From NCBI GenBank assembly GCA_048886685.1, contig JBHLKM010000001.1, forward strand, positions 256,001 to 320,000: DNA of 64,000 bases, given 5' to 3'. Below are positions 49,999 through 60,433 of the stretch, in pieces. Both the position numbers and the translations under genes were made by a program. This DNA comes from Candidatus Hodarchaeota archaeon. GTDB lineage: Archaea > Asgardarchaeota > Lokiarchaeia > Sigyniarchaeales > SOKP01. Positions within the stretch are counted from its first letter, which is position 1. Each line of letters begins with the position of its first letter. Below the pieces are notes generated by a model. It had not been told where the DNA came from, made no database searches, and saw only the letters and a list, made by a program, of their open reading frames with translations.

Positions 49999-51327
49999 CT
50001 AATACGCCCTCCCCTTCTTCTTTGCTTCCATATAATTACTTAAGACCTGATTCATCATATCATCAGGTCCACATGTTATGATATTTACGCCAAGATTACG
50101 TACTTCTTGCTTGATTAATAAAATGTGTTCCATCATTGCTTCGCTAATAGCTTCCGCTAAAGCTTTATCAGTGGAAGATAAATCTATTTCATGAATCTCG
50201 AACCATGGACTAAACGGGTTAATAACAATTATAGTATGGTTGAAAGGCACTAATTTTTTTATTGCTTGACTAATTTCTTTAGGATCTGCTTCTAAATCAG
50301 AAATAACAAAAATCAAACTACGTTTTTGAAAACGTCGTGCAAAAAAATCTATTGCCTCTACAATCCTACATTTTCCTTCAGGTTTCACTCGAGCTACAAA
50401 ATCTAAAACTTGGTAAAAGTGGTCTTCCCCTCCATTTGGTTTTAAAAACTTGAAATTCTTCTTATCTGAAAAAGTGAACACCCCAACATTATCTCTACGT
50501 GTTAAAGCCACTTTAGTTAAAAGCATACAAGCTCTTATTGCGTATTCAAACTTTGTATTTTCAATGGCACCACCCGCCATTGTCTCTGAAGAATCTACTA
50601 AAATCATTACAGTTACATCTCTCTCATCTTCATATTCTTTCACAATTAAGGTTTGTGAACGTGCACTAGCTTTCCAATCTATTAATCTAAACTGATCTCC
50701 AAAAACGTATTTTCGCATACCATAAAACTCTGAACCAAGGCCCTTCTGTTTTGACCTTTGTACACCATAGTTTAATTGTAGCGATCTTTTTGAGCCAAGG
50801 ATTTCAATTCTTTTTATATCATCGTATGGGGGATAAACTAATATATCTGTAACACTATCTGGAACGATCCTTTCTACAGAGTTAAAACCTAATCTATCTT
50901 TGACAATAACAGATAATGGCCCAAGAGCATATTCACCACGAACTTTTGGCTCAAGAACATATGAAAATTTAACTATTTCTTTTGGACCGATTCTAGTTGA
51001 AATAAAGTTTTCACCTAGAATTAACCTAAAAAGCTGGGGATTATAATTATCCCTGATTTCTAGAAAATCAAAACTATTTCTTCCGGTATTTTCAATCACA
51101 ACTTTTATATGAACAAAGTCGTCTTTAAAAACTTTTTCCTTTTCTAATTCTCGATAAACACGTAATTCCTCTATATTCATTTTATAGTGGAAAATAGGTA
51201 AACTAATAATGGTACTAAACAGCAATAGAATTCCAAAATATAGAAGAAAATAATTTTCAAACGCAAATCCTGCTGTAAGAAAAAATACAGCAAACAAAAT
51301 TAAACTTCTACCCTTTCCACCTAATAT
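49999..51327 (-). CDS. DUF58 (vWA-like) protein with two N-terminal TM helices
   Basis: RGEY.LGP, DRLG, LVYP, EFYGMRKYVFGDQFRLIDWKASAR and DSSETM. Start placed at an ATA with a GGTGA SD; the ORF-track TTG start at 51297 is the alternative. Confidence 0.88.
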   Translation of the reverse strand: MLGGKGRSLILFAVFFLTAGFAFENYFLLYFGILLLFSTIISLPIFHYKMNIEELRVYRELEKEKVFKDDFVHIKVVIENTGRNSFDFLEIRDNYNPQLFRLILGENFISTRIGPKEIVKFSYVLEPKVRGEYALGPLSVIVKDRLGFNSVERIVPDSVTDILVYPPYDDIKRIEILGSKRSLQLNYGVQRSKQKGLGSEFYGMRKYVFGDQFRLIDWKASARSQTLIVKEYEDERDVTVMILVDSSETMAGGAIENTKFEYAIRACMLLTKVALTRRDNVGVFTFSDKKNFKFLKPNGGEDHFYQVLDFVARVKPEGKCRIVEAIDFFARRFQKRSLIFVISDLEADPKEISQAIKKLVPFNHTIIVINPFSPWFEIHEIDLSSTDKALAEAISEAMMEHILLIKQEVRNLGVNIITCGPDDMMNQVLSNYMEAKKKGRAY

Positions 51328-51408
51328 AGTACTTCACCACTTTGATACTAGCATTAACAATTTACTTAACGATACTACTACACCAACATTATAAAAATTT
51401 GGTGATTC

Positions 51409-52401
51409 TTAGATTGGGACTGGAATTTCCTCTACTATAGACTTTAATACTGACTTTGCGTCAAGGCCTTCAAGTTCTGCTTCGGGTTTTAATAGAATTC
51501 GATGATTTAAAGCTGCGACGATCAATGCGCGAACATCATCTGGTGTGACGTAAGATCTTCCTAAAATAGCAGCTCGTGCTTTAGCACATTTCATAAGTGT
51601 TAAACTAGCTCTTGGTCCACATCCTAAAGCAATTTGTGGATGATTTCGCGTTTTAATGATTAGATCTCTGATATATTTGAGAATTCTATCGTCTATATAT
51701 ACCAAATTCATAATTCTTTGAGCGGCTAGAATTTCTTCTCCTGAAGTAATGGCTTCAATTGAAGGTAATTCTCCAGATAACTGTCTTCTCATGATTTCTA
51801 CTTCCTCAGTGTCTTCAGGATAATCTAACCAAAGTTTAAAGAGAAAGCGATCAACTTGTGCTTCTGGGAGAGGATATGTTCCTTCCATTTCAACCGGATT
51901 TTCTGTAGCAATTACGATAAATGGTTTTTCAAGTAGAAGCGTTTGACCTTCAATAGTTACTTGACGTTCAGCCATGGCCTCGAGAAGAGCAGCTTGGGTT
52001 TTAGGAGCGCTTCTATTAATTTCATCGGCAAGAACTACATTTGCAAAAATTGGTCCTTTCTGTAAAACAAAAGCCCCTTCATTTTGATCAAAAATTTTCG
52101 TGCCTGTGATATCTGCTGGGAGTAAATCTGGTGTAAACTGGACTCTTCGAAATGTTATTCCAAGTGTATGAGCGTAAGTTTTAGCCATCACTGTTTTACC
52201 TAATCCAGGAACTCCTTCTAAAAGAACATGTCCATTAACTAAAAGGGCGATAAACAGTTGCTGAAGAATTTCACCATATCCTACAATAACCCGACTAACT
52301 TCACTAAGAACTTCTTGTGCAATTTCACGAATTGGTGTAACATCAATCTCTTCTTTTTCATAATATTTAGCTTTATCTGAAGTTTCTATTTTTTGACTCA
52401 C
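51409..52401 (-). CDS. moxR: MoxR-family AAA+ ATPase
   Basis: HVLLEGVPGLGKT, RVQFTPDLLPADITG, LADEINR, QAALLEAM and GTYPLPEAQVDRF. Confidence 0.95.
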   Translation of the reverse strand: MSQKIETSDKAKYYEKEEIDVTPIREIAQEVLSEVSRVIVGYGEILQQLFIALLVNGHVLLEGVPGLGKTVMAKTYAHTLGITFRRVQFTPDLLPADITGTKIFDQNEGAFVLQKGPIFANVVLADEINRSAPKTQAALLEAMAERQVTIEGQTLLLEKPFIVIATENPVEMEGTYPLPEAQVDRFLFKLWLDYPEDTEEVEIMRRQLSGELPSIEAITSGEEILAAQRIMNLVYIDDRILKYIRDLIIKTRNHPQIALGCGPRASLTLMKCAKARAAILGRSYVTPDDVRALIVAALNHRILLKPEAELEGLDAKSVLKSIVEEIPVPI

Positions 52402-52460
52402 CTTTTCATTTTTTATTTTTTTTTTATTTATTTTTGATTTTTATTATAATTTGAATGTGA

Positions 52461-54218
52461 TTAAATATTATCTACTGCCCAACTCATCTCAAAAAAGATT
52501 TCTTCGAAATCTTCTTCATCTCTAATTTTATATTTACCTTCTTTAATGGAAATAATTATATCCATAAATTTGGTTAATCTTTTTATCTTTAACTTAGTTG
52601 TTGAAGGATCCTTTGCAATAACAAAATCTACAACATTGCTAGAAGTAATTTTTTGGCCTCTCATTTGACTATGAAGCTTTCTCTCTAACCTACGATATAG
52701 TAATTTCAATGCTTCCCCATATTTGCTTTTATCCTTAAATTCTTCGATTTTTTGGGCAAAAAATGATGATGTTCTAAATCGAGCCCTCTCTTCCTTTTTT
52801 TCTTCTTCTTCAGCTATTTTTTTCTCTTCTTCTTTTTTATCTTTTCTTGGTAAATATCTTCTTAAAGTATAATATGCTAAAAGAGGATAAATCCATGATG
52901 TTATAGGATTTGTAGAGAGATGAATAATATATTGCATAATAAACCCATAAATTCCGGCAGAAGTCAGATCTCTGGAAATTTCAGGACGGATGTGCGCTTC
53001 ATCGAAAACTATTACCCAATCTTCTTTAGTTCTTGTATCGCCCGGATCATTTTCATAAGTTAGCCATTCAATAATGTTTATAGCAAATTCCTCATTGTCA
53101 TATCCGATCTCATTGATTAACTCATTATTAAACACGCTTGCATCCGCTGAAACGAATAATCTTAGGTTTCCTAAATCCTTGGCTAAGAATACTTGTTGAG
53201 AATATCCTCCAAGAGGAAAAGTATCTGGGAAGGGAAATCCTAAATCTAAAATACTCATAAAACCTAAATTTAAATCATCTGTACCTTCATCATATTTTTT
53301 ATTGCCGTTTTTGTCAATAAATGCATAATCGGTTGTGGCGCCAATAGGATCCCATCCAAAATAAGTAATAAATTCACCCCCTGTAGCACAAGATGCCCTG
53401 GAAAGAACTATTTTATTAATGAGATATGGGGTTTCGGTGGTTGGGTGAGAATTAAAAGATTGAATTACGGGAAACTCGGGAGTTGTATCATAGGAAGCAT
53501 TATCGCGTAAAATCCCATTAGGGAAAATTGTTACTGGTACTTGTATCTCAGGAGCAAACACACTGGCAACCAAGATTTCCCATAAAAGCGTGCTTGTAGA
53601 ACCATGATCATGACATATGAGGAGAGCGTTTGTCCCATTGAAGAATTCAATAAAATAAGGAACTTCAAAGATAGGATCATAGAATTGATTAGGTCCCATT
53701 AAAATTAATAATATAGATTTATCTAACCGTTCAGTAGCACTTAAGCTCGATTGAACAGTCATTACCTCATAACCCTCATTTTCGATTATTTTTTTAAGGT
53801 CGGAACACCCGTTCCAACGGTTGTTATATACCGAAAAGTGTTGAGTGTTTTCTCCTTGATCAATAATAGGTGAGAGTAATGGAATAAAAGCAAAAATGAA
53901 TATAATTATGAATAAAGCCTGTTTATATATAGAACCTGACTTTATTTTTTTTCGAGATTGTGTTTCACGGGATTTTTGAGCTGTGGCATTTCTTATAAAT
54001 ATAAGAAAACCGATGCCACAAAACAAAGCACCTATATAACATAATAAAGGCAAATAAGTTATAAACACGGGAAAATCTTCTGGACTAATTTTTTGAAAAC
54101 TAATAGAAAATTGACTGATAATGATCCCAAATATTATAAGATATATTGTAAAAAAAGTAAAAATTATCCCTTTTGAGATATTAATACTTTTCCTCGAAGC
54201 TTTTCCCGTTTTTGCCAT
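52461..54218 (-). CDS. DUF4350-like membrane protein
   Basis: Three N-terminal TMs, FSVYNNRWNGCS, ADASVFNN...N..FA, VIVFDEAH, a TM and a cytoplasmic tail; typical MoxR-operon context. Confidence 0.68.
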   Translation of the reverse strand: MAKTGKASRKSINISKGIIFTFFTIYLIIFGIIISQFSISFQKISPEDFPVFITYLPLLCYIGALFCGIGFLIFIRNATAQKSRETQSRKKIKSGSIYKQALFIIIFIFAFIPLLSPIIDQGENTQHFSVYNNRWNGCSDLKKIIENEGYEVMTVQSSLSATERLDKSILLILMGPNQFYDPIFEVPYFIEFFNGTNALLICHDHGSTSTLLWEILVASVFAPEIQVPVTIFPNGILRDNASYDTTPEFPVIQSFNSHPTTETPYLINKIVLSRASCATGGEFITYFGWDPIGATTDYAFIDKNGNKKYDEGTDDLNLGFMSILDLGFPFPDTFPLGGYSQQVFLAKDLGNLRLFVSADASVFNNELINEIGYDNEEFAINIIEWLTYENDPGDTRTKEDWVIVFDEAHIRPEISRDLTSAGIYGFIMQYIIHLSTNPITSWIYPLLAYYTLRRYLPRKDKKEEEKKIAEEEEKKEERARFRTSSFFAQKIEEFKDKSKYGEALKLLYRRLERKLHSQMRGQKITSSNVVDFVIAKDPSTTKLKIKRLTKFMDIIISIKEGKYKIRDEEDFEEIFFEMSWAVDNI

Positions 54219-54273
54219 TTTTATTTTACTTTTATTTTTAGGGTTAATTAAAACAATTCATATTAATTATGAT

Positions 54274-54651
54274 TTATAAAGAGAAATTAATGGTTTTTCC
54301 TGTAATATCGTTGTATAAATTTGAGAACAAATCAATAGTGAAGTTTAATTCCTTTGTTGTCGGTTCTACTCCACCATATATTATATCTTCTATTTTTTTA
54401 ATAAAAGGATATACCGATTCTGGTTTCAATTTCTTTTCTAATTCATTTACGCATGTGATTGCATATTCTCGAATAGTTTGGTGGATTAATCTTGGTTTCT
54501 TGAATTTTACGTTAATAAGATCGTCGTAAACTAGATATATGTAGGCAATTGCTTCTTTTGGTCGATTTGTATCTACTAAAACTTTTACATTTTCTAATCT
54601 CTGCTTTATATCTATTTCTGGTTCTGGTGCCTTTTTTTTCTTTTTTGCCAT
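54274..54651 (-). CDS. Small DUF4129-like protein, paralogous to the C-terminus of 54774..56381
   Basis: EAIAYIY...QTIREYAI...VYPFIKKIEDIIYG aligns with ESISYLF...ETIRDFAI...IYPFIQKVEEIIYA. Confidence 0.7.
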   Translation of the reverse strand: MAKKKKKAPEPEIDIKQRLENVKVLVDTNRPKEAIAYIYLVYDDLINVKFKKPRLIHQTIREYAITCVNELEKKLKPESVYPFIKKIEDIIYGGVEPTTKELNFTIDLFSNLYNDITGKTINFSL

Positions 54652-54773
54652 TTTTTAAACCTTTCACTGTATTTTTTCATATAATTTATTTAATAATTTA
54701 TTTTGGGTATATAATTTTTTGTACTAATCTTTTTTATTATTATTTTTGATTGGTTATTTTATTAGTAATTATA

Positions 54774-56381
54774 TTAAAAATTCAATTGAAAATTATATCC
54801 AGTTAATTGGAAATACACTGGTGAAAATAATTCACATGTTTTATAAAAATCTTTGTCTGTTATTTTAAAAGGTTTTGCATATATTATCTCCTCTACTTTT
54901 TGTATAAAAGGGTAAATAGCCGCTGGAGTTAATTTCAATTCCTTAACAGAAATTATTGCAAAATCTCTTATTGTTTCATTTTCCTTTCTAGTTCTGCCAT
55001 ATTTCGCATTAACTAATTCTATATAAATCGCGTTAAATAAGTATGATATAGATTCTTCTAATCGACCTGAATCTTTTAAAAGTTTAAGATTAATGAGTTT
55101 TGACTCAAGAGGTAGATTTATAACTCTAGATTCTTTTTCTTGCTTTTTAAAATAACGATAACCTAAAACTGCTAAAACTGTTATTATAGCTCCTAGGATT
55201 GGAAAAAATACCAAAGAAAACATTAAAAATGGTGGTAATCCGGCAGGATTAGAAGGAGTATAAGGTGCTGCAGTTATATTTATGTTTCTAGAAAGAGAGA
55301 TGAAAAGTCCAGCAGTGTTTACTACCTCGATCTCAATTGGCATAAGACCTATTCCAGAGGGGATGGTGTATATATAGGAGAAATCACCATTTGAATCAGT
55401 GATAGCAGAACCAATTGGAATTCCGTTGAAGCTGATTATAAGCGTTCTATTACCTATTTTAATGGAAGAATTTGTAAGCGAACTTAATTGTCCTGCTATT
55501 GTAATTACTTCTTCTTCAGAAGCTTCATCGTCAACATCCCAGAGGCATGTGACATTTGAAAATAGTGTTATAAAAGGGATAATAATTCCTGAACTCCCAA
55601 TTCGTGGAACGTCTCCCGAATAACTCAGATTTAAACTTATACTTTGATTGACTACAGTCGAAGGAATTAGTATATCTTGTGTAAAAGCCCCATCAGAAGG
55701 GCTTGTAAGAAAGAAATCGCTTGCCCAATTATAGGTACTATTAAACCAATTATAATTTATTTGAACATTTGAAATACCTGTGCCATTCAAATTATCGTAT
55801 CTTAAAAATCCCTCAACTCTAAAATCTTCTCCAGGAATTTTAGGAAAATCATCTCTATAGGTAATATCGAAAATAGAAGTAGCATTAACGAAGATATTAA
55901 AAAAATTGATGGGTATAATATCATCAGTACCTAGATCATCAATACATTCTACCTCAATTTTGTGGGTCGCATAAACGTCTAAAGTAAATGGAATTCTATA
56001 GCTGATTTGAAATTCACCAAGTCCATTAGAAGTAGCATTATATCTAGTATCTAAAAATCCATCTACAACTATCGATACGTTAATATTTGAGAGATTGGTG
56101 TAAGGTGGTGGAGGAGGTAGAGGTTTGTATATTTTTCCTTCAATAGTAAGAGTTGAATTATGGGAATAAAATGTTTCATTAATCCAGTAATTTGTTAAAT
56201 TAATTACTCCAATTAACGATGAAGCTTTGGGAGTTATGATAATCTCATTGTCGTGATTCTCTTTAAGATTATTGTTATTTAAAATTTGAAAATTCTTAAT
56301 AAAACAAAATAAAAATGAAAAGGATATTAATAAAACAAAAATTCCAACCAAGATCCTTTTCATTTTGTTTTTTCTACTCAA
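54774..56381 (-). CDS. Surface protein with Ig-like repeats, a TM helix and a DUF4129-like cytoplasmic domain
   Basis: Signal/anchor, three T...G.F beta-sandwich units, TM, then the TIRDFA...EEIIY domain. Confidence 0.72.
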   Translation of the reverse strand: MSRKNKMKRILVGIFVLLISFSFLFCFIKNFQILNNNNLKENHDNEIIITPKASSLIGVINLTNYWINETFYSHNSTLTIEGKIYKPLPPPPPYTNLSNINVSIVVDGFLDTRYNATSNGLGEFQISYRIPFTLDVYATHKIEVECIDDLGTDDIIPINFFNIFVNATSIFDITYRDDFPKIPGEDFRVEGFLRYDNLNGTGISNVQINYNWFNSTYNWASDFFLTSPSDGAFTQDILIPSTVVNQSISLNLSYSGDVPRIGSSGIIIPFITLFSNVTCLWDVDDEASEEEVITIAGQLSSLTNSSIKIGNRTLIISFNGIPIGSAITDSNGDFSYIYTIPSGIGLMPIEIEVVNTAGLFISLSRNINITAAPYTPSNPAGLPPFLMFSLVFFPILGAIITVLAVLGYRYFKKQEKESRVINLPLESKLINLKLLKDSGRLEESISYLFNAIYIELVNAKYGRTRKENETIRDFAIISVKELKLTPAAIYPFIQKVEEIIYAKPFKITDKDFYKTCELFSPVYFQLTGYNFQLNF

Positions 56382-56426
56382 AATTTTTACCAGATTTTTT
56401 TGATTATCTCTCCGTTAAATATTATA

Positions 56427-59400
56427 TTATGGAGGAAAAATCGATTCCTCGTCAGGCTCTACATAAACCATACCATTAATAATAGGATTAAAAGATACTC
56501 TAATTTCTACATCACTTTTTAAAGATGGCCAGGGATCATTTTCATCAATAAATATTGATACATTAAATCCTCCAGAAAGGTCTGTAGAAACAATATCATT
56601 ATAGGCAACAATAATCCCACCCCTCTCATCGATTATAGTTACATTTATAAGAACGCCTGCTATTGCAGTATTGTTGTCCCATCTTAATTCTCCCCACACG
56701 TAGAGTGTATCACCATCAATCCATAAATTAGGAAAAATGTCATACTCAAGAGAATATGAAAGACCTATTAATTGCGTGTCAGCGTTAATATCTAATGATA
56801 TAAGGGAAGAACTGGTATGAATCATATAATCATTCAAATCAACACTGGGAAATCCTGCTGGGTATTCAATGCTCCCATTAAAATCAATTCTGATATAATA
56901 ATTCCCTTGAAGAATAGCTTGATCAACAGAACTTACTGTAAAACTATAAGTACCATCATTATTTATTACAATTGACTGTGAACCAACCAAGTTAAGATAC
57001 CCTGAAACATCATTAAGAGAACTATTTAATAGGATTATTGAAACTCTTAATCCTCTTAAACGTTCAAAAGTATTAAAGTCTTCAACAGTACCAGACACAG
57101 CAAAACTTTCAACGCCTCGAATAACCTCATTTTTATTGGAATTAGCATCTATATTTACTGTTTCATTTATAATGATATAAGTTGTATTAATAGTGCTATA
57201 AGTATGATATTGAACTCTTATCCTATGTAGCCCAGCGTGTAAAGAAGCAGTTGATATATTGAATTGAACAAATCCAGTTAAACCAGTTCCCCCGGGAAAC
57301 ACGTAATTTTGTAATTCGATATTTGTAAAATCATCATAAATGTATACTGTTCTCCCATCAAGAGCTTGGACATGATTAACTTGAACTTGAAAATGTGCTG
57401 TCGTTGCGTTATTATACCTTTCTGGTGGATTAAAATCATCATAAAAAGTTCTTGTAGGGTTTCCTTCAACATCTAAAAATATTGTGACCAGATTTGTATC
57501 ATAAATATAGAGTTCTTTGGGTATTTCAACAGAATTGTATAAATAACCTAGACTAAATGATGCCGGATAAGGATAAGCGTAAAAATTAAAAAAGCCATTA
57601 AATTCAAGAGTTAAGGTATAGTTATCAAGAGGTATTCCTGGATTTACTCCTCTATTAAAATTAAAAAAGTTGGATCCGGTCGGGGATGGGTATTCTGGAT
57701 TGGAAGGCGTTAAAAAACCAGTATAATCAATTGTACTATTCATTCTTAAATCTAATTGCGAATAATAGATAGGATTAGCAAAAAGATCGATTAATTCGCA
57801 TTGAATATTAAATGGAATTGGATTAGCAAGATCATATTCAAGAGGACTTGTATATGAAATTAAATTAACCCCTATAGATTCATTAACGATGTAATAAGAG
57901 TAATTAAAATCACCCCCATACCTAGCATACACTAAAGTTGGACCAGATTTATTGGTATTCCCAATATTATATAGAATTGAAGCTCTCCCAAAAGCATCAG
58001 TAATGTCAGCACCTATGATAACATCGCCGTTTGTATAATCATAAAATTCGACAATTTCACCAGGAGTAGGAAACATTGTACTCTCATCAATTAGAATAAC
58101 AGAAAGGTCAACTTGTTGACCTCGTTTGACATTTACTACACTACTAGGGAAAGATGGATAATCAGTAGGTTGACCATTAATAGAGAATAATAAAATAGAT
58201 GTTAATTTTTCAGTCACATTAAATTCTATTCTATTACTTGAATCATTCATAATACCCCAAGCTAATGGCCACCCCCCCCAAGAACCATTAAAATCGACTC
58301 GAATTTCATAATTTCCTCTCGAAACATGGGGATTCACATTGGTGAATACGTCAAAATCACCGTTACTATCAGTATCCGTATATGTAATATCGAATGGATT
58401 AGGAACTATATTACTTGTCCCTTTTTCAAATAAAACAAATTGAACTGTAGCATTTCTTACTCGTTGACTTGCTATCGGATCATAAACATAACCTTGGATA
58501 TTAGTAGTATTGCTGATTGAGCGATTTACTACTGTAGGATTCACACTTGTAAAGTTCACTTCTATATCTCCAAATACTATAAAAGATGTGAAATTATTCG
58601 CAAGTTGATAGGTTGCCATAATTACATGGGGTCCCACTACAAATGAATTGTTAATATTAACCAAAATTGATGCACTACCATTTTGATTGGTATATGAAGT
58701 ACCTAGTGGTAATCCGGAACCTAAATCAGTAAAGGTTATTTCTTTATTATCTATAGAACCTGTAGGGGAACTTAATATAGCAGTTAGATTAGCCCATTGT
58801 CCTCTATATCCTGCAGTAAAATTTGTAAAAACCTCTATATTATAATTAGCCATTGGATTTCCACCTTGTCCAAATGAATCACCAATAATATCCATTAGTA
58901 CCCACATCCCATCCCCAGAAATATCTGTTGGAACATAGATTTCAGCCCAATTGTACAGATTTAAATACTTGATTGCGAAAAAATCCTTACCCTCATCGAT
59001 ATCATAACCCTCTTCAATCCCCCAACTATTAAAACCATCGACAAAACGACTAGACACATTGAAAGCCCTCGTAAATGCGCAAAACGCTGAAGCAAATTCG
59101 GACCATAAGCCTTCTTCATGCGCACAAAACCATTCTACAATGTCTTCACCATCAGCAGGAGGGTCGTTGGTTAAGGCATCAATGCCAACAGTAAAGTTAC
59201 TTTGAAGATAATTCCTAATTTTATTAGCTACTACAAAAGATGTATCGGTATCCTTAATAATTATATCTAAAACGTCATAATGAGATTTAAAATATGGATG
59301 TGTATTGATATAAGTATCTATTGAGGGAGGTAATTGTAAATACTTATTTTGTATGAATATTGGAGTGTATTGTGCTTCAATAGCACTATTATTAATATCA

Positions 59401-60188
59401 TTATTAGAGGGCAAATTTAATCCGAATAATTCGTATGACATATTAACTGGATCTTCACTATTAAAATCTAAATCGATTGTAGTACAATTAAAATCTGTTT
59501 TGTGAAGTGCTATTGTTCCTAAATCTAAATTATCAGCATAAACACTCCCTTCCATTATAAAAGGGATTGGGAAAAAAGAAGGGATAACCATTGAATTTAG
59601 ACCTAAATTAGGAGAAAGTGGCATTTTAAGCTGTATTATATCTAAAGAAGAATACTGCCCAAAATATTCTGCATATGTTAGGAAAGGATATGGATTAGTT
59701 GCTGCTGTTGATTGCCATTGATCTCCCGTGAATTCATCAAAACATTCGTATCTCCAAAATTTATTTGTCATATTTGGAAATGAATCATAATCATAAACTC
59801 TAAAGACCTCCTGTTGAGCCGCTTGAGAACCTAGAAGTGCTAAAAGAGCTTCTGAAAAATCACTTAAATCCAAATCGTCAATACTGCTATCCATCATATC
59901 TTCTAGCATTTCCATTACATCTGCTAATTCATCTGGGCTTAAATCATTAAACAGATCATTGAAAAAATCTTCATCAAAAGGATATGGGGGCTTTATTAGT
60001 TCAGCATCCTCATAGTCTGTATCGGCTTTTTGCCTATTAGGATTTGGTCTTTGGGTGCCGAATAAGAAACTAATAATAAAGGTTGAGAACGCAAATACAG
60101 AAATTAATAAAAGGACAACTAATATTACTCCTATTACTCTCTTTTTGTTAATGCCGGTGTCTATTAGTTCCTCCCTTATATCCGACAT
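56427..60188 (-). CDS. Transglutaminase-like domain protein with Ig-like repeats; catalytic residues substituted
   Basis: FWRYECFDEFTGDQW, EGLWSEFASAF..FTRAFNVSSRFVDGF, YNWAEIY...WVLMD, then repeated TD..G strands. Confidence 0.8.
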   Translation of the reverse strand: MSDIREELIDTGINKKRVIGVILVVLLLISVFAFSTFIISFLFGTQRPNPNRQKADTDYEDAELIKPPYPFDEDFFNDLFNDLSPDELADVMEMLEDMMDSSIDDLDLSDFSEALLALLGSQAAQQEVFRVYDYDSFPNMTNKFWRYECFDEFTGDQWQSTAATNPYPFLTYAEYFGQYSSLDIIQLKMPLSPNLGLNSMVIPSFFPIPFIMEGSVYADNLDLGTIALHKTDFNCTTIDLDFNSEDPVNMSYELFGLNLPSNNDINNSAIEAQYTPIFIQNKYLQLPPSIDTYINTHPYFKSHYDVLDIIIKDTDTSFVVANKIRNYLQSNFTVGIDALTNDPPADGEDIVEWFCAHEEGLWSEFASAFCAFTRAFNVSSRFVDGFNSWGIEEGYDIDEGKDFFAIKYLNLYNWAEIYVPTDISGDGMWVLMDIIGDSFGQGGNPMANYNIEVFTNFTAGYRGQWANLTAILSSPTGSIDNKEITFTDLGSGLPLGTSYTNQNGSASILVNINNSFVVGPHVIMATYQLANNFTSFIVFGDIEVNFTSVNPTVVNRSISNTTNIQGYVYDPIASQRVRNATVQFVLFEKGTSNIVPNPFDITYTDTDSNGDFDVFTNVNPHVSRGNYEIRVDFNGSWGGWPLAWGIMNDSSNRIEFNVTEKLTSILLFSINGQPTDYPSFPSSVVNVKRGQQVDLSVILIDESTMFPTPGEIVEFYDYTNGDVIIGADITDAFGRASILYNIGNTNKSGPTLVYARYGGDFNYSYYIVNESIGVNLISYTSPLEYDLANPIPFNIQCELIDLFANPIYYSQLDLRMNSTIDYTGFLTPSNPEYPSPTGSNFFNFNRGVNPGIPLDNYTLTLEFNGFFNFYAYPYPASFSLGYLYNSVEIPKELYIYDTNLVTIFLDVEGNPTRTFYDDFNPPERYNNATTAHFQVQVNHVQALDGRTVYIYDDFTNIELQNYVFPGGTGLTGFVQFNISTASLHAGLHRIRVQYHTYSTINTTYIIINETVNIDANSNKNEVIRGVESFAVSGTVEDFNTFERLRGLRVSIILLNSSLNDVSGYLNLVGSQSIVINNDGTYSFTVSSVDQAILQGNYYIRIDFNGSIEYPAGFPSVDLNDYMIHTSSSLISLDINADTQLIGLSYSLEYDIFPNLWIDGDTLYVWGELRWDNNTAIAGVLINVTIIDERGGIIVAYNDIVSTDLSGGFNVSIFIDENDPWPSLKSDVEIRVSFNPIINGMVYVEPDEESIFPP

Positions 60189-60433
60189 TTTAGACTAAAA
60201 CAAACAGTAATTTTTCAATTAGAATATTAATAATAAAAGTCTTATATATAATTTTCCACACATTCTTTTAAATTCTATAATTTTATAAAAGTGTTATCTA
60301 ATATGGAAATTATATGATTCTCAAGTATATATTCTTATTATTAATGAGATTAATAATCTTAGCACATTGACTATTAGATGAAGAATTAAGATAAAAATCC
60401 TTGAGAATTAATTAAAAATTATCTTTAAGATAT

